A stretch of DNA of 63,103 nucleotides, filler included, from 6 parts of 6 records of this genome joined end to end with filler, not necessarily neighbours in it; one strand, 5' to 3'. Shown: positions 10,301 through 19,764, counted from the first letter of the whole stretch. Notes: generated by a model not told the origin, from the letters alone. Numbers and translations: made by a program.

Positions 10301-10351
10301 GACAATAAAAAATGGCGGAGAGCTTTAAGCTCTCCGCCATTTTTTATTGTC
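10301..10351. terminator. Bidirectional rho-independent terminator
   Basis: Long perfect inverted repeat GACAATAAAAAATGGCGGAGAGCT/AGCTCTCCGCCATTTTTTATTGTC between convergent genes. Confidence 0.9.
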
Positions 10352-10365
10352 GTGTGAATTCTGAA

Positions 10366-12015
10366 TTATTTCAATGCGACTTCAAAAGCGGCATTTACGA
10401 TACTGGCCGCTTCTTCCTGAATGGCTACGAGATGGGCCAGTCCTTTGAAGGATTCAGCATAGATTTTGTAAATTGATTCCGTGCCAGAAGGGCGGGCTGC
10501 GAACCAGCCATTTTCAGTCACTACTTTTAGGCCGCCGATGGCTTCACCATTGCCGGGGGCAGCGGTAAGGCGTTCTTCAATTGTTTCTCCGGCAAGAGTT
10601 TTGGCCTTAACCATGTCCGGGGTCAGAATGCTGAATGCTTTTTTCTGTTCCTCTGTGGCCGGGGTATCGATGCGTTTATAGACTGGGTGTCCAAATCTCT
10701 TTTCAAGAGAGGTATAGTGCTCTCCGGGGTCCTGCTCGGTGATAGCGGTAATTTCCGCTGCCAGCAGGTTCATGATGATACCGTCTTTGTCGGTAGTCCA
10801 TACGGTTCCATCTTTTCGGAGGAAGGATGCTCCGGCACTTTCTTCGCCGCCGAAACCGCAGGTGCCGTCCAGCAGTGGGTCAACAAACCATTTGAAACCA
10901 ACCGGGACTTCCATGAGCGGGCGGTTGATGGACTCTGCCACTCTGTTGATCATGGAGCTGGAAACAAGGGTTTTACCTACGGTAAGTTTCTCGCTCCATT
11001 GCGGTCTGTGCTTGTAAAGATATTCAATGGCAACGGCCAGATAATGGTTAGGATTCATCAATCCCCGGCTTTTGGTTACGATGCCGTGCCTATCTGTATC
11101 CGGGTCGTTGGCAAATGAAATGTCATATTGGTATTTCAGTTCAATAAGACCGGCCATGGCGTAAGGGGAGGAGCAATCCATACGGATTTTGCCGTCCTTG
11201 TCCACATGCATGAAAGAGTATGAAGGGTCTAGCTTTTTGTTTACTACATTTATATTCAGGTCGTATCTTTCAGCAATGGGCTCCCAGAAATCAATGGCAG
11301 CACCACCGAGTGGGTCTACACCAATGCTGAGTCCTGCTGATGCGATGGCCTGCATATCAACGATGTTTTCAAGATCATCCACGTAAGGAGTAATGAAGTC
11401 AAATTCATTAGTGGTATCGGCTTTTATGGCTCGGCTGAAGGGAATACGCTTCACATCCTTGAGGCCATTTTTGAGGATTTCATTGGCCCGGTTCTGGATG
11501 GTGCGGGTAATGGCCGTTCCGGCCGGTCCGGCATTGGGTGGGTTGTACTTGAACCCTCCATCACGCGGGGGGTTATGCGAGGGAGTAATTACCACTCCGT
11601 CAGCAAAACTACTTTTTCTGCCTTTGTTATAAGCGAGAATAGCATGGGAGATTGCAGGAGTGGGAGTGAACCCTTTGTCGTTGAGCAGTACGGTAACTCC
11701 GTTTGCTGCAAAAACTTCAAGAGCTGAAATTTGAGCCGGTTCTGAAAGGGCATGAGGGTCCTTGCCCATGAAGAGCGGACCTGTGTAGCCTTTGGATTTT
11801 CTGTATTCGCTGATGGCCTGTGCGATTGCGAAGATGTGGGCTTCGTTAAAGGAGCCTTCAAGAGCCGAGCCTCTGTGCCCGGAGGTTCCGAAGGCAACAA
11901 GGTGAGAATCAAGGGAAGGATCAGGTTTTACAGTATAATACGCTGAAACTAATCTCGGTATGTTTTCCAGAATGCTTGCAGGAGCCAGTTGTCCTGCCAG
12001 TTTACTAAGTGCCAT
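10366..12015 (-). CDS. pgm: Phosphoglucomutase
   Basis: [14 protein letters not shown] phosphoserine motif, DPDTDR metal loop, GGEESAG, RPSGTE. Confidence 0.96.
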   Translation of the reverse strand: MALSKLAGQLAPASILENIPRLVSAYYTVKPDPSLDSHLVAFGTSGHRGSALEGSFNEAHIFAIAQAISEYRKSKGYTGPLFMGKDPHALSEPAQISALEVFAANGVTVLLNDKGFTPTPAISHAILAYNKGRKSSFADGVVITPSHNPPRDGGFKYNPPNAGPAGTAITRTIQNRANEILKNGLKDVKRIPFSRAIKADTTNEFDFITPYVDDLENIVDMQAIASAGLSIGVDPLGGAAIDFWEPIAERYDLNINVVNKKLDPSYSFMHVDKDGKIRMDCSSPYAMAGLIELKYQYDISFANDPDTDRHGIVTKSRGLMNPNHYLAVAIEYLYKHRPQWSEKLTVGKTLVSSSMINRVAESINRPLMEVPVGFKWFVDPLLDGTCGFGGEESAGASFLRKDGTVWTTDKDGIIMNLLAAEITAITEQDPGEHYTSLEKRFGHPVYKRIDTPATEEQKKAFSILTPDMVKAKTLAGETIEERLTAAPGNGEAIGGLKVVTENGWFAARPSGTESIYKIYAESFKGLAHLVAIQEEAASIVNAAFEVALK

Positions 12016-12245
12016 TTAAGCCTCCGTATTTTGAATGCCGATAAAGAATATCAAAGAAATATAAAAAAACAACAGTTAACAGATGTTTTTAAGCTAATTG
12101 TAATCTGCTTGAGAGCAGTGAGTCTTTCGTGATAATTAACAGGTTGCAGCTCCCTTTGTCTATAATTCTCGGCAGATATGGGCGTTCTTTTGTTAATAAC
12201 TTAGGTCAGGACTGGCAGAAGAACAAAAAATGCGTGCGAACTTTT

Positions 12246-12692
12246 TTAAGAGAGAGAAATAGAATTCCAGTTCAATGCTGTTCCGTAGAGCAGGCATATT
12301 CCAGTCAGCAGGGCTATGATGGAAAAGAAAATTTCTTTTGTTTCAGTTCTATGGGGATTTTTGAGCAGATTGAAAAGTTGTACAGGCAGGATCAGGCCTC
12401 GAATGCTGAATATTAAGCCGATTATGATCAGGACGGGACCGAGAAGGGGTAAACGGGTGAATTTTCCTGCTCCTGAAAACGCATAAAGGCCGAAAGTTGC
12501 AATTATTGTGGCAATGAATGCAGTCAGAAGTGGAGGAATTGGTGAGTGTTTTTCAGCAAGGGCCGTCAGGTCTTCCCCGGCACCGAAGTAGCGGTAAGCC
12601 TTTGGACCTACAATAATTATCACGATATGCAGGATGGCGATCAGGAAGCAGACTATGCCACTGAAGGTAAGTAAATCAGCTGCGTTATGCAT
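12246..12692 (-). CDS. Small hypothetical membrane protein (about 4 TM helices)
   Basis: 148 aa, four hydrophobic segments, YRYFGAGE loop. Confidence 0.7.
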   Translation of the reverse strand: MHNAADLLTFSGIVCFLIAILHIVIIIVGPKAYRYFGAGEDLTALAEKHSPIPPLLTAFIATIIATFGLYAFSGAGKFTRLPLLGPVLIIIGLIFSIRGLILPVQLFNLLKNPHRTETKEIFFSIIALLTGICLLYGTALNWNSISLS

Positions 12693-12847
12693 ATGAACTC
12701 GATTGTGCCGTTAGGGAATGTGTCGCAGGGGCAGGCATGTTCAGCGTGCCGTGTTTTTTTCATTAAATTGCTTTTCCGGTATAGTAGCACAATTCATTTT
12801 TATTTACGAGTGGAAGTGTTGATTTGATTTTTGAATATGCAAAAAAC

Positions 12848-12883
12848 AAAGGCTCCCCGGTCATGCAGACCGGAGAGCCTTTT
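12848..12883 (-). terminator. Rho-independent terminator after the TPR gene
   Basis: AAAGGCTC..CCGGTC/GACCGG..GAGCCTTT hairpin with A/T tails. Confidence 0.75.
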
Positions 12884-12903
12884 AAACAAATGTAAATAGA
12901 CTC

Positions 12904-13524
12904 TTAGCGGTGCTTCTCAAGTTCCTTGAGGAAGTCATCGGATACGTCAAAGCCGGTTTCAATTGCTTTGTCTACGCATTCGATTGCTTTTTTGTAGTCT
13001 TTTTTCTCAGTGTAGCAGAGAGCGAGGTTGTTCCATGCCGGACCAAAGTTGTCAGCCAGCTTAAGAGCTTTTTCGCAGACTTCGATGCAGTCATCTACTT
13101 CACCTTCATTGAAGTAGGCAGCACCGAGAGTGGAGAGGGCCTGTACGAAGTTAGGATCGTACTTGATGGCGCGCTTAAGGGCTTTGATAGCCTTATCGGT
13201 TTCACCCTGTTCCATATATACGTAGCCGATGTTGCCCCAGGGAACAGCAAAGAAAGGGCGCTGCTGGGTGGCAGTGATGTTGTAACGCAGGCAACCTTCA
13301 AGGTCACCGCGCTGCATTGCGATACCGCCGAGCTGTACGTATGCTTCCGCCATTTTGGGGGATTCGTCGATGGCTACGAGGAATTCACGCTCAGCTTCCA
13401 TGAAGTCTCTTTTGGACAGGTAGGCAACACCGAGGTTGTAGCGGGTGTTACTACAGGTGGGGCTGTCTTCTTTTTTCTTTTTCAGGTCCGCAATGTAGTC
13501 ATCAATATTGTCAAATTTCTGCAT
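12904..13524 (-). CDS. Tetratricopeptide repeat protein
   Basis: Repeated TPR motifs: YNLGVAY, YVQLGG, WGNIGY, WNNLAL. Confidence 0.9.
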   Translation of the reverse strand: MQKFDNIDDYIADLKKKKEDSPTCSNTRYNLGVAYLSKRDFMEAEREFLVAIDESPKMAEAYVQLGGIAMQRGDLEGCLRYNITATQQRPFFAVPWGNIGYVYMEQGETDKAIKALKRAIKYDPNFVQALSTLGAAYFNEGEVDDCIEVCEKALKLADNFGPAWNNLALCYTEKKDYKKAIECVDKAIETGFDVSDDFLKELEKHR

Positions 13525-13591
13525 GGGAAAAACCTCTTATATTACAAAAGTTTTGTCGTTTTTGGTCTACTGCCGATGCCTCAGAGGCAAG

Positions 13592-13939
13592 CTAAGCGCG
13601 TTTGCCTTCTTTTTTCAGCAGTTCATCGTACCAGACGCAAAAGTCATAAATGGGGCGAACTTTTTCAAAGTTCATGACCAGCATTACTCCGAACTCGGCT
13701 GCAGCCTGTGCGTATTCTGAGTTGCGGTTTACATGGACGTCCTTGATGAATTCTTCACAGAGTTCCTGTGAGGTTCTTCCGGTAATGTCCTGACGCAGGT
13801 CAATGGGATCGAAAGGTTTCGCAAAAGGGTCCCATTCGTCATAACCGATCTTGTCAACAAACCTGCGCCTGCGAGGCGAAAGTTTTTCGTACATGTATCG
13901 TTTTTGTTCTTCAATTTCATCCGGAGTAAGGGTGCCCAA
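13592..13939 (-). CDS. Hypothetical protein
   Basis: AGGAGA RBS before TTG at 13939; tight co-orientation with neighbours; WDPFAKPFDPIDLR segment. Confidence 0.7.
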   Translation of the reverse strand: MGTLTPDEIEEQKRYMYEKLSPRRRRFVDKIGYDEWDPFAKPFDPIDLRQDITGRTSQELCEEFIKDVHVNRNSEYAQAAAEFGVMLVMNFEKVRPIYDFCVWYDELLKKEGKRA

Positions 13940-13955
13940 TTTAGTCTCCTGTTTT

Positions 13956-14726
13956 CTAATTCTCGGGCATTGCGCCGAGTTCAACTGAGTAATTGCAGGT
14001 GGCACATGCGGATTTGTCTTTGTCACAGGTTCCGCAAGCTTCGGAAGGTTCTGCTGCAGGAGCAGGTTCTTCTACTTTGTCCCCGGTATTGGCGCCGAGG
14101 TACTCCGGAGTGTAGTCGGTTACCAGCGCCATGGAGAGGGGAACCAGTACTTCAGGAAGCTCTTTCAGGGAAGAGTTGATGGAAGCGGCCAGTTCTTCGC
14201 TCAGCTGCATCAGTTTGGACTGTAATGTGTCCATGTTGATGGTGGGGTATGCTTTACCTGCAGTGAAGCCTGATTTCTGACAGGAGTGTGCCTGTCCTCC
14301 GATGTTCATGGGAACACCGTAAATGCGACAGGTCAGCGGCCTGAAATCATAGAGGGCACAGAGGTTGTCTTCCTTCAGGCAGGGGCATTTGACCCTTGCG
14401 AGGGATACTTCCTTGAGGATTTCTGTTGTGGAGGCTCCGGACTGGCTGGCTTTGAAAGCCCTTCTTTTGATCTTGTGGATCAGGCGGTCCGCCTTATCAG
14501 CTTCCTGCATGATCACGGAACGATCCATGCCGCTGTAAGTTTCATTGAACTTGCGGTTGATATAGATCGCTTCCACAAGAGTCAGATCGAAGAGGGCGTG
14601 ACAACAGTCACTGCAGCCTTTGGCGCATTTGATACCGTCTTCAGTCTGTTCGGATATTTTATTGAAAGTCTTATCTACTTCAGCGACAAGAGCTTCGTAT
14701 TTTTGAAAAATTTCTTTGAACTCCAA
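13956..14726 (-). CDS. YkgJ-family cysteine-cluster (putative Fe-S/Zn) protein
   Basis: CAKGCSDCC, CPCL-x4-CALYDFRPLTCR; extra C-terminal CGTC...CATC. Confidence 0.88.
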   Translation of the reverse strand: MEFKEIFQKYEALVAEVDKTFNKISEQTEDGIKCAKGCSDCCHALFDLTLVEAIYINRKFNETYSGMDRSVIMQEADKADRLIHKIKRRAFKASQSGASTTEILKEVSLARVKCPCLKEDNLCALYDFRPLTCRIYGVPMNIGGQAHSCQKSGFTAGKAYPTINMDTLQSKLMQLSEELAASINSSLKELPEVLVPLSMALVTDYTPEYLGANTGDKVEEPAPAAEPSEACGTCDKDKSACATCNYSVELGAMPEN

Positions 14727-15004
14727 AGCAAAACCTCCGTAAAAAAATATGTTCAGAGTTTTGGCGGAATAACCCGCGTAAACTCGTATAAGCTAAGTAT
14801 TATTGTTCAGCAGTCAATTGTTTGCGTGAAAATAATTGTTGATTTTATCGAACCGGCCCCGCTTGACGGTTCAATCGGCACTGGAAGCATGCCGGGGATG
14901 GCGCAAAAAAAAGGAAAGGAGAGAGGGGGAGGAGAAAAAGAAATCCGGCTCCGGCAGGCTGGTCCACTGAACAGATTTTGTTCGCTGACCGTTAATTAAA
15001 GAGC

Positions 15005-15040
15005 AGGCGGGAATCTGGGCTGACCCTGATTCCCGCCTTT
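15005..15040 (-). terminator. Terminator-like hairpin after ferredoxin
   Basis: AGGCGGGAATC/GATTCCCGCCT 11-bp stem. Confidence 0.65.
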
Positions 15041-15064
15041 AAAACTTCGTTAATGAAGAATTTT

Positions 15065-15253
15065 CTACTGCTCTTCGATGGTAATAGCATCCTGTTCGCA
15101 AACTTCGATACAGGATTCACAACCGAGGCATTCGTCTTCGTTAACAGCTACTGCTTTGCCGTCCTGAAGTTCGTAAACTTCGGTAGGACATACATCAACG
15201 CATTCGCCGTCGCCGTTACATTTGTCATTATCAATGGTAATTACGTAGCTCAT
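15065..15253 (-). CDS. fdx: Dicluster ferredoxin with CxxDxxCxxxCP first motif (7Fe/8Fe type)
   Basis: 62 aa: CNGDGECVDVCP and CLGCESCIEVC; GGAGGG RBS before ATG 15253. Confidence 0.95.
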   Translation of the reverse strand: MSYVITIDNDKCNGDGECVDVCPTEVYELQDGKAVAVNEDECLGCESCIEVCEQDAITIEEQ

Positions 15254-15392
15254 AGAGTTACCCTCCAAAAAGATTGATTTTTTAGCCTCTGGTAGCCTGC
15301 GTACAATAGCCCACAGGCTACGCAGTCTTTTACAACTAGGATTGAGCCGGACTGATTCCAGCTTTGACCCCCGACTCAGGGCTATTGAAATG

Positions 15393-15421
15393 TGGATAGC
15401 CACAAGCCTTCCGCATGTCAA
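15393..15421 (-). promoter_or_regulatory. Sigma70-type promoter for the ferredoxin
   Basis: Minus strand TTGACA-17 nt-TATCCA. Confidence 0.55.
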
Positions 15422-15606
15422 GAAGGCAGGTACTAAAAAGTACAAGAAACATCTTAATTATCTAGATTAAGATTTTCAAGCAGGGATTATGATTTTCAGT
15501 TCAGTGGGCCTGCTTTACTTCTTTATAGATGATGACATTAGTTGAACATTGAATTAATAGGTGACTTCATCTCGCAATAATAGATGTTATAATTTTAGGA
15601 GTTTTT

Positions 15607-16806
15607 ATGCTGACCGATGAACAGCTGGATAAATATGTTGATGCCTTGTGGTGGGGACTGACTACAGCCCGTACCAAACCCTATGAAAAGGGTGATCTGA
15701 TCATGGTCCGCTATGAAGCGGAAGCCCTGCCTCTTGCAGAAGCAGTCTTCAAGCGCCTTATAGACGAAGGGCTTAATCCCGTGCCGAGGATGACCCTGAC
15801 TCCGGAAATGGAGAAAAGTTTTTACGGTGGCGGCAATGATGATCAGCTTACGTATATTGCCCCGGGTGAAGAAGAATTCACCCAAGGACTTAACGGTCTG
15901 ATCGTTCTACTGGCACCTTCTTCTTTGACTCATCTGGCCGGAGTCGAGCCTTCCCGCATGGGTAAATGCGCCGTGGCCCGCAAATTCCTGCGTGACATTA
16001 TGGAAAAGCGGGAGCAGAAAGGTGAACTGGGCTGGACTCTTTGTTCCTACCCCACAAGGGCTCTTGCGGAATCTGCAGGGCTTACAATTAAAGAATTCAC
16101 CGATCAGATCGTAAAAGCCTGTTATCTTGATGAAGATGATCCTGCAGCCTGCTGGAAGGGCGTTTTCGACAAGGCTTCTGAGGTTAAAAATTGGTTGAAT
16201 GGTTTGGATATTGAGTCCTACCGTGTTGTTACCGCTGATATGGACCTGACCGTGAAGCATGGCGAACTGCGGCAGTGGATCGGTGTTTCCGGCCATAATA
16301 TCCCCAGCTTTGAACTTTTCATTTCCCCTGATTGGCGTGGAACTTCGGGTGTTTATTACGCTGATCAGCCTTCTTACCGTTCCGGTAACTATGTTGAGGG
16401 TGTACGTCTTGTTTTCGAAGATGGCGTAGTTAAGGAAATCAGTGCCAAGGAAGGTGAGGAGTTTGTCAAAAAGCAGTTGACCATGGACGAAGGAGCTTCA
16501 CGTCTTGGAGAATTCTCCCTGACTGACCGTCGTTTTTCACGCATTGACAAATTTATGGCTAATACCCTTTATGATGAAAACTACGGCGGCGAATTCGGTA
16601 ACTGCCACGTGGCAGTCGGTTCTTCTTATCCTGACACTTATGCCGGGGATCAGGCCGAGCTTAATGAACTTATGAAAGAAGAGCTGGGTTACAACACTTC
16701 TGCCCTGCACTGGGATTTGGTAAATACTCAGGATAAAACAGTTTACGCTAGATTGAAGGATGGCAGTGAAGTTGTCATCTATAAGTCTGGTGAGTTCCTG
16801 ATTTAA
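15607..16806 (+). CDS. Aminopeptidase, M29 (AmpS/AmpT) family
   Basis: NIPSFELF, LGEFSL, LYDEN, CHVAVG, SALHWD. Confidence 0.9.
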   Translation: MLTDEQLDKYVDALWWGLTTARTKPYEKGDLIMVRYEAEALPLAEAVFKRLIDEGLNPVPRMTLTPEMEKSFYGGGNDDQLTYIAPGEEEFTQGLNGLIVLLAPSSLTHLAGVEPSRMGKCAVARKFLRDIMEKREQKGELGWTLCSYPTRALAESAGLTIKEFTDQIVKACYLDEDDPAACWKGVFDKASEVKNWLNGLDIESYRVVTADMDLTVKHGELRQWIGVSGHNIPSFELFISPDWRGTSGVYYADQPSYRSGNYVEGVRLVFEDGVVKEISAKEGEEFVKKQLTMDEGASRLGEFSLTDRRFSRIDKFMANTLYDENYGGEFGNCHVAVGSSYPDTYAGDQAELNELMKEELGYNTSALHWDLVNTQDKTVYARLKDGSEVVIYKSGEFLI

Positions 16807-16836
16807 TTTTTATTCATATAGCTATTCTATTAAAGT

Positions 16837-16870
16837 TTCCCGGCTGGATTTATTCAGCCGGGAATTTTTT
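16837..16870 (+). terminator. Rho-independent terminator
   Basis: TTCCCGGCTG/CAGCCGGGAA stem followed by a T-run. Confidence 0.8.
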
Positions 16871-16883
16871 GCCCTTTTTCTTT

Positions 16884-16899
16884 TGGCATCGTGCTTGCT
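16884..16899 (+). promoter_or_regulatory. Sigma54 (-24/-12) promoter
   Basis: TGGCATCGTGCTTGCT: GG-N10-GC matching the TGGCA-N6-TTGC consensus, upstream of a PEP-CTERM-type gene. Confidence 0.7.
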
Positions 16900-17119
16900 T
16901 GTATCAGGTGTTTGCTGTCGTTTTTTTGGCGGTGAACACTTGCTTTTGTTTCAGGAATGAATATTTATTTATATGTGCTTGGTCTGGCATAAATAAATAG
17001 TCAGCTTATCAGATGTTTAGCTTTGACTGCGGCTTGACTATGGATGTTCTGGATTTCTTGACTGGAATTTTTATACGGGTTATTTTTTCTCTCAGGGAAA
17101 AAAGGTGGAGGTAATCCTC

Positions 17120-17707
17120 ATGAAGAATATTTTAGGCATATTAGCCTTGCTGGTGATATTGGTTTTACCGGCGCAGGCTTTTGCTTCTTCCTACTATCTT
17201 ACTCTCGAAGGTACAGTAGGGTCCATAAGTGACAGCGGTGGACTGGCCAGCGCTGCCGGTGTTAATGTTGGAGACACGGTAAGGTATGTAGTTGAAATTG
17301 ATACTGACCGAACCGGTTTTTATACCAGACACAACGGCAAGGATAAGGAAGTAAAGGGCTCTTACTACAGTTCCTTGTATTCGGGCGTGCTTAGCGGGAA
17401 TGTTGACAGGTCTTATAACTATGTAAATCCTTATTACAACGGTTTTTACTCGCAAACGGGTAATGATCAGTCTGCAATAGCATGGCAGAATTGGTCTTCC
17501 GATGTGCAGGGTTTGACTGTCGGATCGTCTATAGGCAGTCTTTATGAAACTGCTTACGGTAATAACTGGGGATACTCTCAGATCAGTTTGAATACTGTAA
17601 CTGTTACCAATATATCCAATACTGCACCTACCCCCATTCCGGGCGCTGCGTTCCTGATGCTTGGTGGACTTGGCGTGGTTGGGTTTGTGAAGCGTAGATT
17701 TTTCTAA
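17120..17707 (+). CDS. Exported protein with PEP-CTERM/VPLPA-CTERM-type exosortase sorting signal
   Basis: Signal peptide; Ser/Thr/Gly/Tyr-rich body; C-terminal PTPIPGA, TM helix and KRR. Confidence 0.88.
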   Translation: MKNILGILALLVILVLPAQAFASSYYLTLEGTVGSISDSGGLASAAGVNVGDTVRYVVEIDTDRTGFYTRHNGKDKEVKGSYYSSLYSGVLSGNVDRSYNYVNPYYNGFYSQTGNDQSAIAWQNWSSDVQGLTVGSSIGSLYETAYGNNWGYSQISLNTVTVTNISNTAPTPIPGAAFLMLGGLGVVGFVKRRFF

Positions 17708-17731
17708 GTTTTAACATAAGTTAAGTAGTTT

Positions 17732-17778
17732 AGCCGGAACCATGATCTCCTGTGATCACGGTTCCGGCTTTTTATTTT
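17732..17778 (+). terminator. Rho-independent terminator
   Basis: AGCCGGAACC/GGTTCCGGCT stem followed by TTTTATTTT. Confidence 0.85.
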
Positions 17779-17855
17779 GCTCGAACTTGTTATCTCCGTC
17801 CAATTGGAATAGGTTGGCGCGAGAGTAATTAACTAAATAATAAGGAATCCCAAAT

Positions 17856-18299
17856 ATGGCAAAACACTACCAGCCCCGCATGCATTCTGCGGAGCACATT
17901 CTGAATCAGGTGATGGTGCGGAAGTTTGATTGTGACCGCTGTTTCAGTGCGCATATCAACAAGAAGAAATCTAAGTGCGATTACAATTTCGAGCGCGGTC
18001 TGACAGATGCGGAAGCCAGCGAAATAGAGCAGGGTGTTAACGAAGCAATCTCGTCTGAATTGGTCGTGACTGAACAGATGATCAGTCTAAAAGAGGCCGA
18101 TGAACGCTTTAATCTTACCCGACTTCCTGAAGGGGTTACCGAGGTGAGGGTTGTGAATATTGGTGATTTCGATGCCTGTCCTTGTATTGGTGAACATGTA
18201 GAAAATTCCAATGAAATCGGTGAATTCAGGATGGTTTCGCATAGTTTTGATGATGGTGTCCTGCGTATCCGTTACAAGCTCGGTCAACCGGAAATTTAA
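17856..18299 (+). CDS. Stand-alone AlaX-like tRNA editing (tRNA_SAD) protein
   Basis: HSAEH (HxxxH) and CIGEH (CxxxH) Zn motifs. Confidence 0.85.
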   Translation: MAKHYQPRMHSAEHILNQVMVRKFDCDRCFSAHINKKKSKCDYNFERGLTDAEASEIEQGVNEAISSELVVTEQMISLKEADERFNLTRLPEGVTEVRVVNIGDFDACPCIGEHVENSNEIGEFRMVSHSFDDGVLRIRYKLGQPEI

Positions 18300-18368
18300 G
18301 CACAAGTTGAAAAACTTGTTTACAGAGGCTGAATCTGTTGCTAGTTATAGGTCAGTTTTTGAATACAC

Positions 18369-18448
18369 ATTCCGTGCAACTGGCGATGTAATGTGGAATT
18401 AACCACAGGGAAACACGGAATTTATTTTACCTGCCGCTCGCCTGGGCC
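18369..18448 (+). ncRNA. ZMP/ZTP (pfl) riboswitch
   Basis: P1 TTCCGTG/CACGGAA; ACTGGCG, GTGG..CCACAGGG; 3' GCCGCTCGCCTGGGC pseudoknot hairpin; directly upstream of glyA. Confidence 0.88.
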
Positions 18449-18507
18449 TCGTCTTTTTCAAGACGTGCTTCCTTGCCTCTTCATGAGGTGATCTACAAGG
18501 AGTGCCC

Positions 18508-19764
18508 ATGCAGGAATATCGAAATCTTCTCCAATCAAATGATCCCGAAATTTTCAATGCTCTTTCCGGCGAGGAATCCCGCCAGAGAGCCGGTATTGAA
18601 CTGATCCCTTCTGAAAATTATACTTACCCCGAAGTGCTCTGCACCCTCGGTAGTGTTTTCACCAACAAATACTCCGAAGGTTATCCTGGCAGACGTTACT
18701 ACGGTGGTCAGGAATTCACCGATACCATCGAAGACATTGCCCGCGAAAGAGCGAAGCAGGTCTTCCGCTGTGAGCACGCCAATGTGCAGCCGCTTTCCGG
18801 TTCTCCTATGAATCAGGCTGTATACCTCGGCCTTCTTGAGCCCGGCGATACCATTCTGGCCATGGATCTCTCTCATGGCGGGCACCTCACTCACGGTGCC
18901 CCGGTTTCCTTCATGGGCAAGCTTTTCAATTTCATCCGCTACAAAACCGATCCGGTTGACGGTAGTATTGATTTTGATGAGTTGCGCAAAACCGCCCTTG
19001 AGCACAAACCGAAAATGATTCTTTGCGGTTACACTTCCTACCCCCGCGATCTGGATTACGCTGCTTTCAAGAAAATTGCCGATGAAGTAGGGGCCATTAC
19101 CATGACCGATGCTTCGCACTACGGCGGTCTTATTGCTGCCGATGTCATTCGCAACCCCTTTGACTTCGGTTTTGATGTCGTCACTTCCACTTCACACAAG
19201 TCCCTGCGCGGTCCTCGTGGCGGAATGATTTTTTGCAAAAAAGAGTTCGCGCCCAAGATCGATAAGGCTGTCTTCCCCGGCCTGCAGGGAGGGCCGCACA
19301 TGAATACCATTGCCGGTATCGCGGTTACTCTTAAAAAAGCGCTTGAGCCTGAATTCAAAGAATACGGTAAGCAGGTGCTGGTTAACGCCAAAACTCTGGC
19401 GGATGAGCTGCTTAAATCCGGTGCTTCCCTGGTCTCCGGAGGAACGGACAACCACATGATGGTCCTTGATACTGAGGAGAGCTACGGCATAAACGGCAAA
19501 GTTGCCGAAGAACTGCTCGATGAGGTTGCCATCACCACCAACAAGCAGATTATTCCCGATGATCCCAATCCGCCCCTGAAACCCAGCGGTATCAGGATCG
19601 GTACTCCCGCTGCTACTTCCCGCGGTATGAAGGAGTCCGACATGGTCAAGCTGGCGGGCTGGATTACCACCATCCTCCAAAATCCTGAAGATAAGAATCT
19701 GGCCGCTACCACCCGGTCGGAAATTGAATCTTTCTGCTCAAGGTTTCCGGTTCCGGGAATCTAG
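18508..19764 (+). CDS. glyA: Serine hydroxymethyltransferase
   Basis: LIPSEN, NKYSEGYPGRRYYGG, GGHLTHG, TSHKSLRGPRGG PLP-Lys, GIRIGTPA. Confidence 0.97.
   Translation: MQEYRNLLQSNDPEIFNALSGEESRQRAGIELIPSENYTYPEVLCTLGSVFTNKYSEGYPGRRYYGGQEFTDTIEDIARERAKQVFRCEHANVQPLSGSPMNQAVYLGLLEPGDTILAMDLSHGGHLTHGAPVSFMGKLFNFIRYKTDPVDGSIDFDELRKTALEHKPKMILCGYTSYPRDLDYAAFKKIADEVGAITMTDASHYGGLIAADVIRNPFDFGFDVVTSTSHKSLRGPRGGMIFCKKEFAPKIDKAVFPGLQGGPHMNTIAGIAVTLKKALEPEFKEYGKQVLVNAKTLADELLKSGASLVSGGTDNHMMVLDTEESYGINGKVAEELLDEVAITTNKQIIPDDPNPPLKPSGIRIGTPAATSRGMKESDMVKLAGWITTILQNPEDKNLAATTRSEIESFCSRFPVPGI

Noticed and set aside
12910..13677. 255-aa plus-strand ORF
   Set aside because: Antisense shadow of the TPR gene; no motifs
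14286..14999. 237-aa plus-strand ORF
   Set aside because: Mostly antisense to the YkgJ gene and runs into a structured intergenic region
15254..15445. N-terminal extension of the ferredoxin ORF to 126 aa
   Set aside because: RBS and family length support ATG 15253; the extension spans the promoter and leader
16927..16943. Second sigma54-like site TGGCGGTGAACACTTGC
   Set aside because: GG-to-GC spacing is 12 nt, not 10
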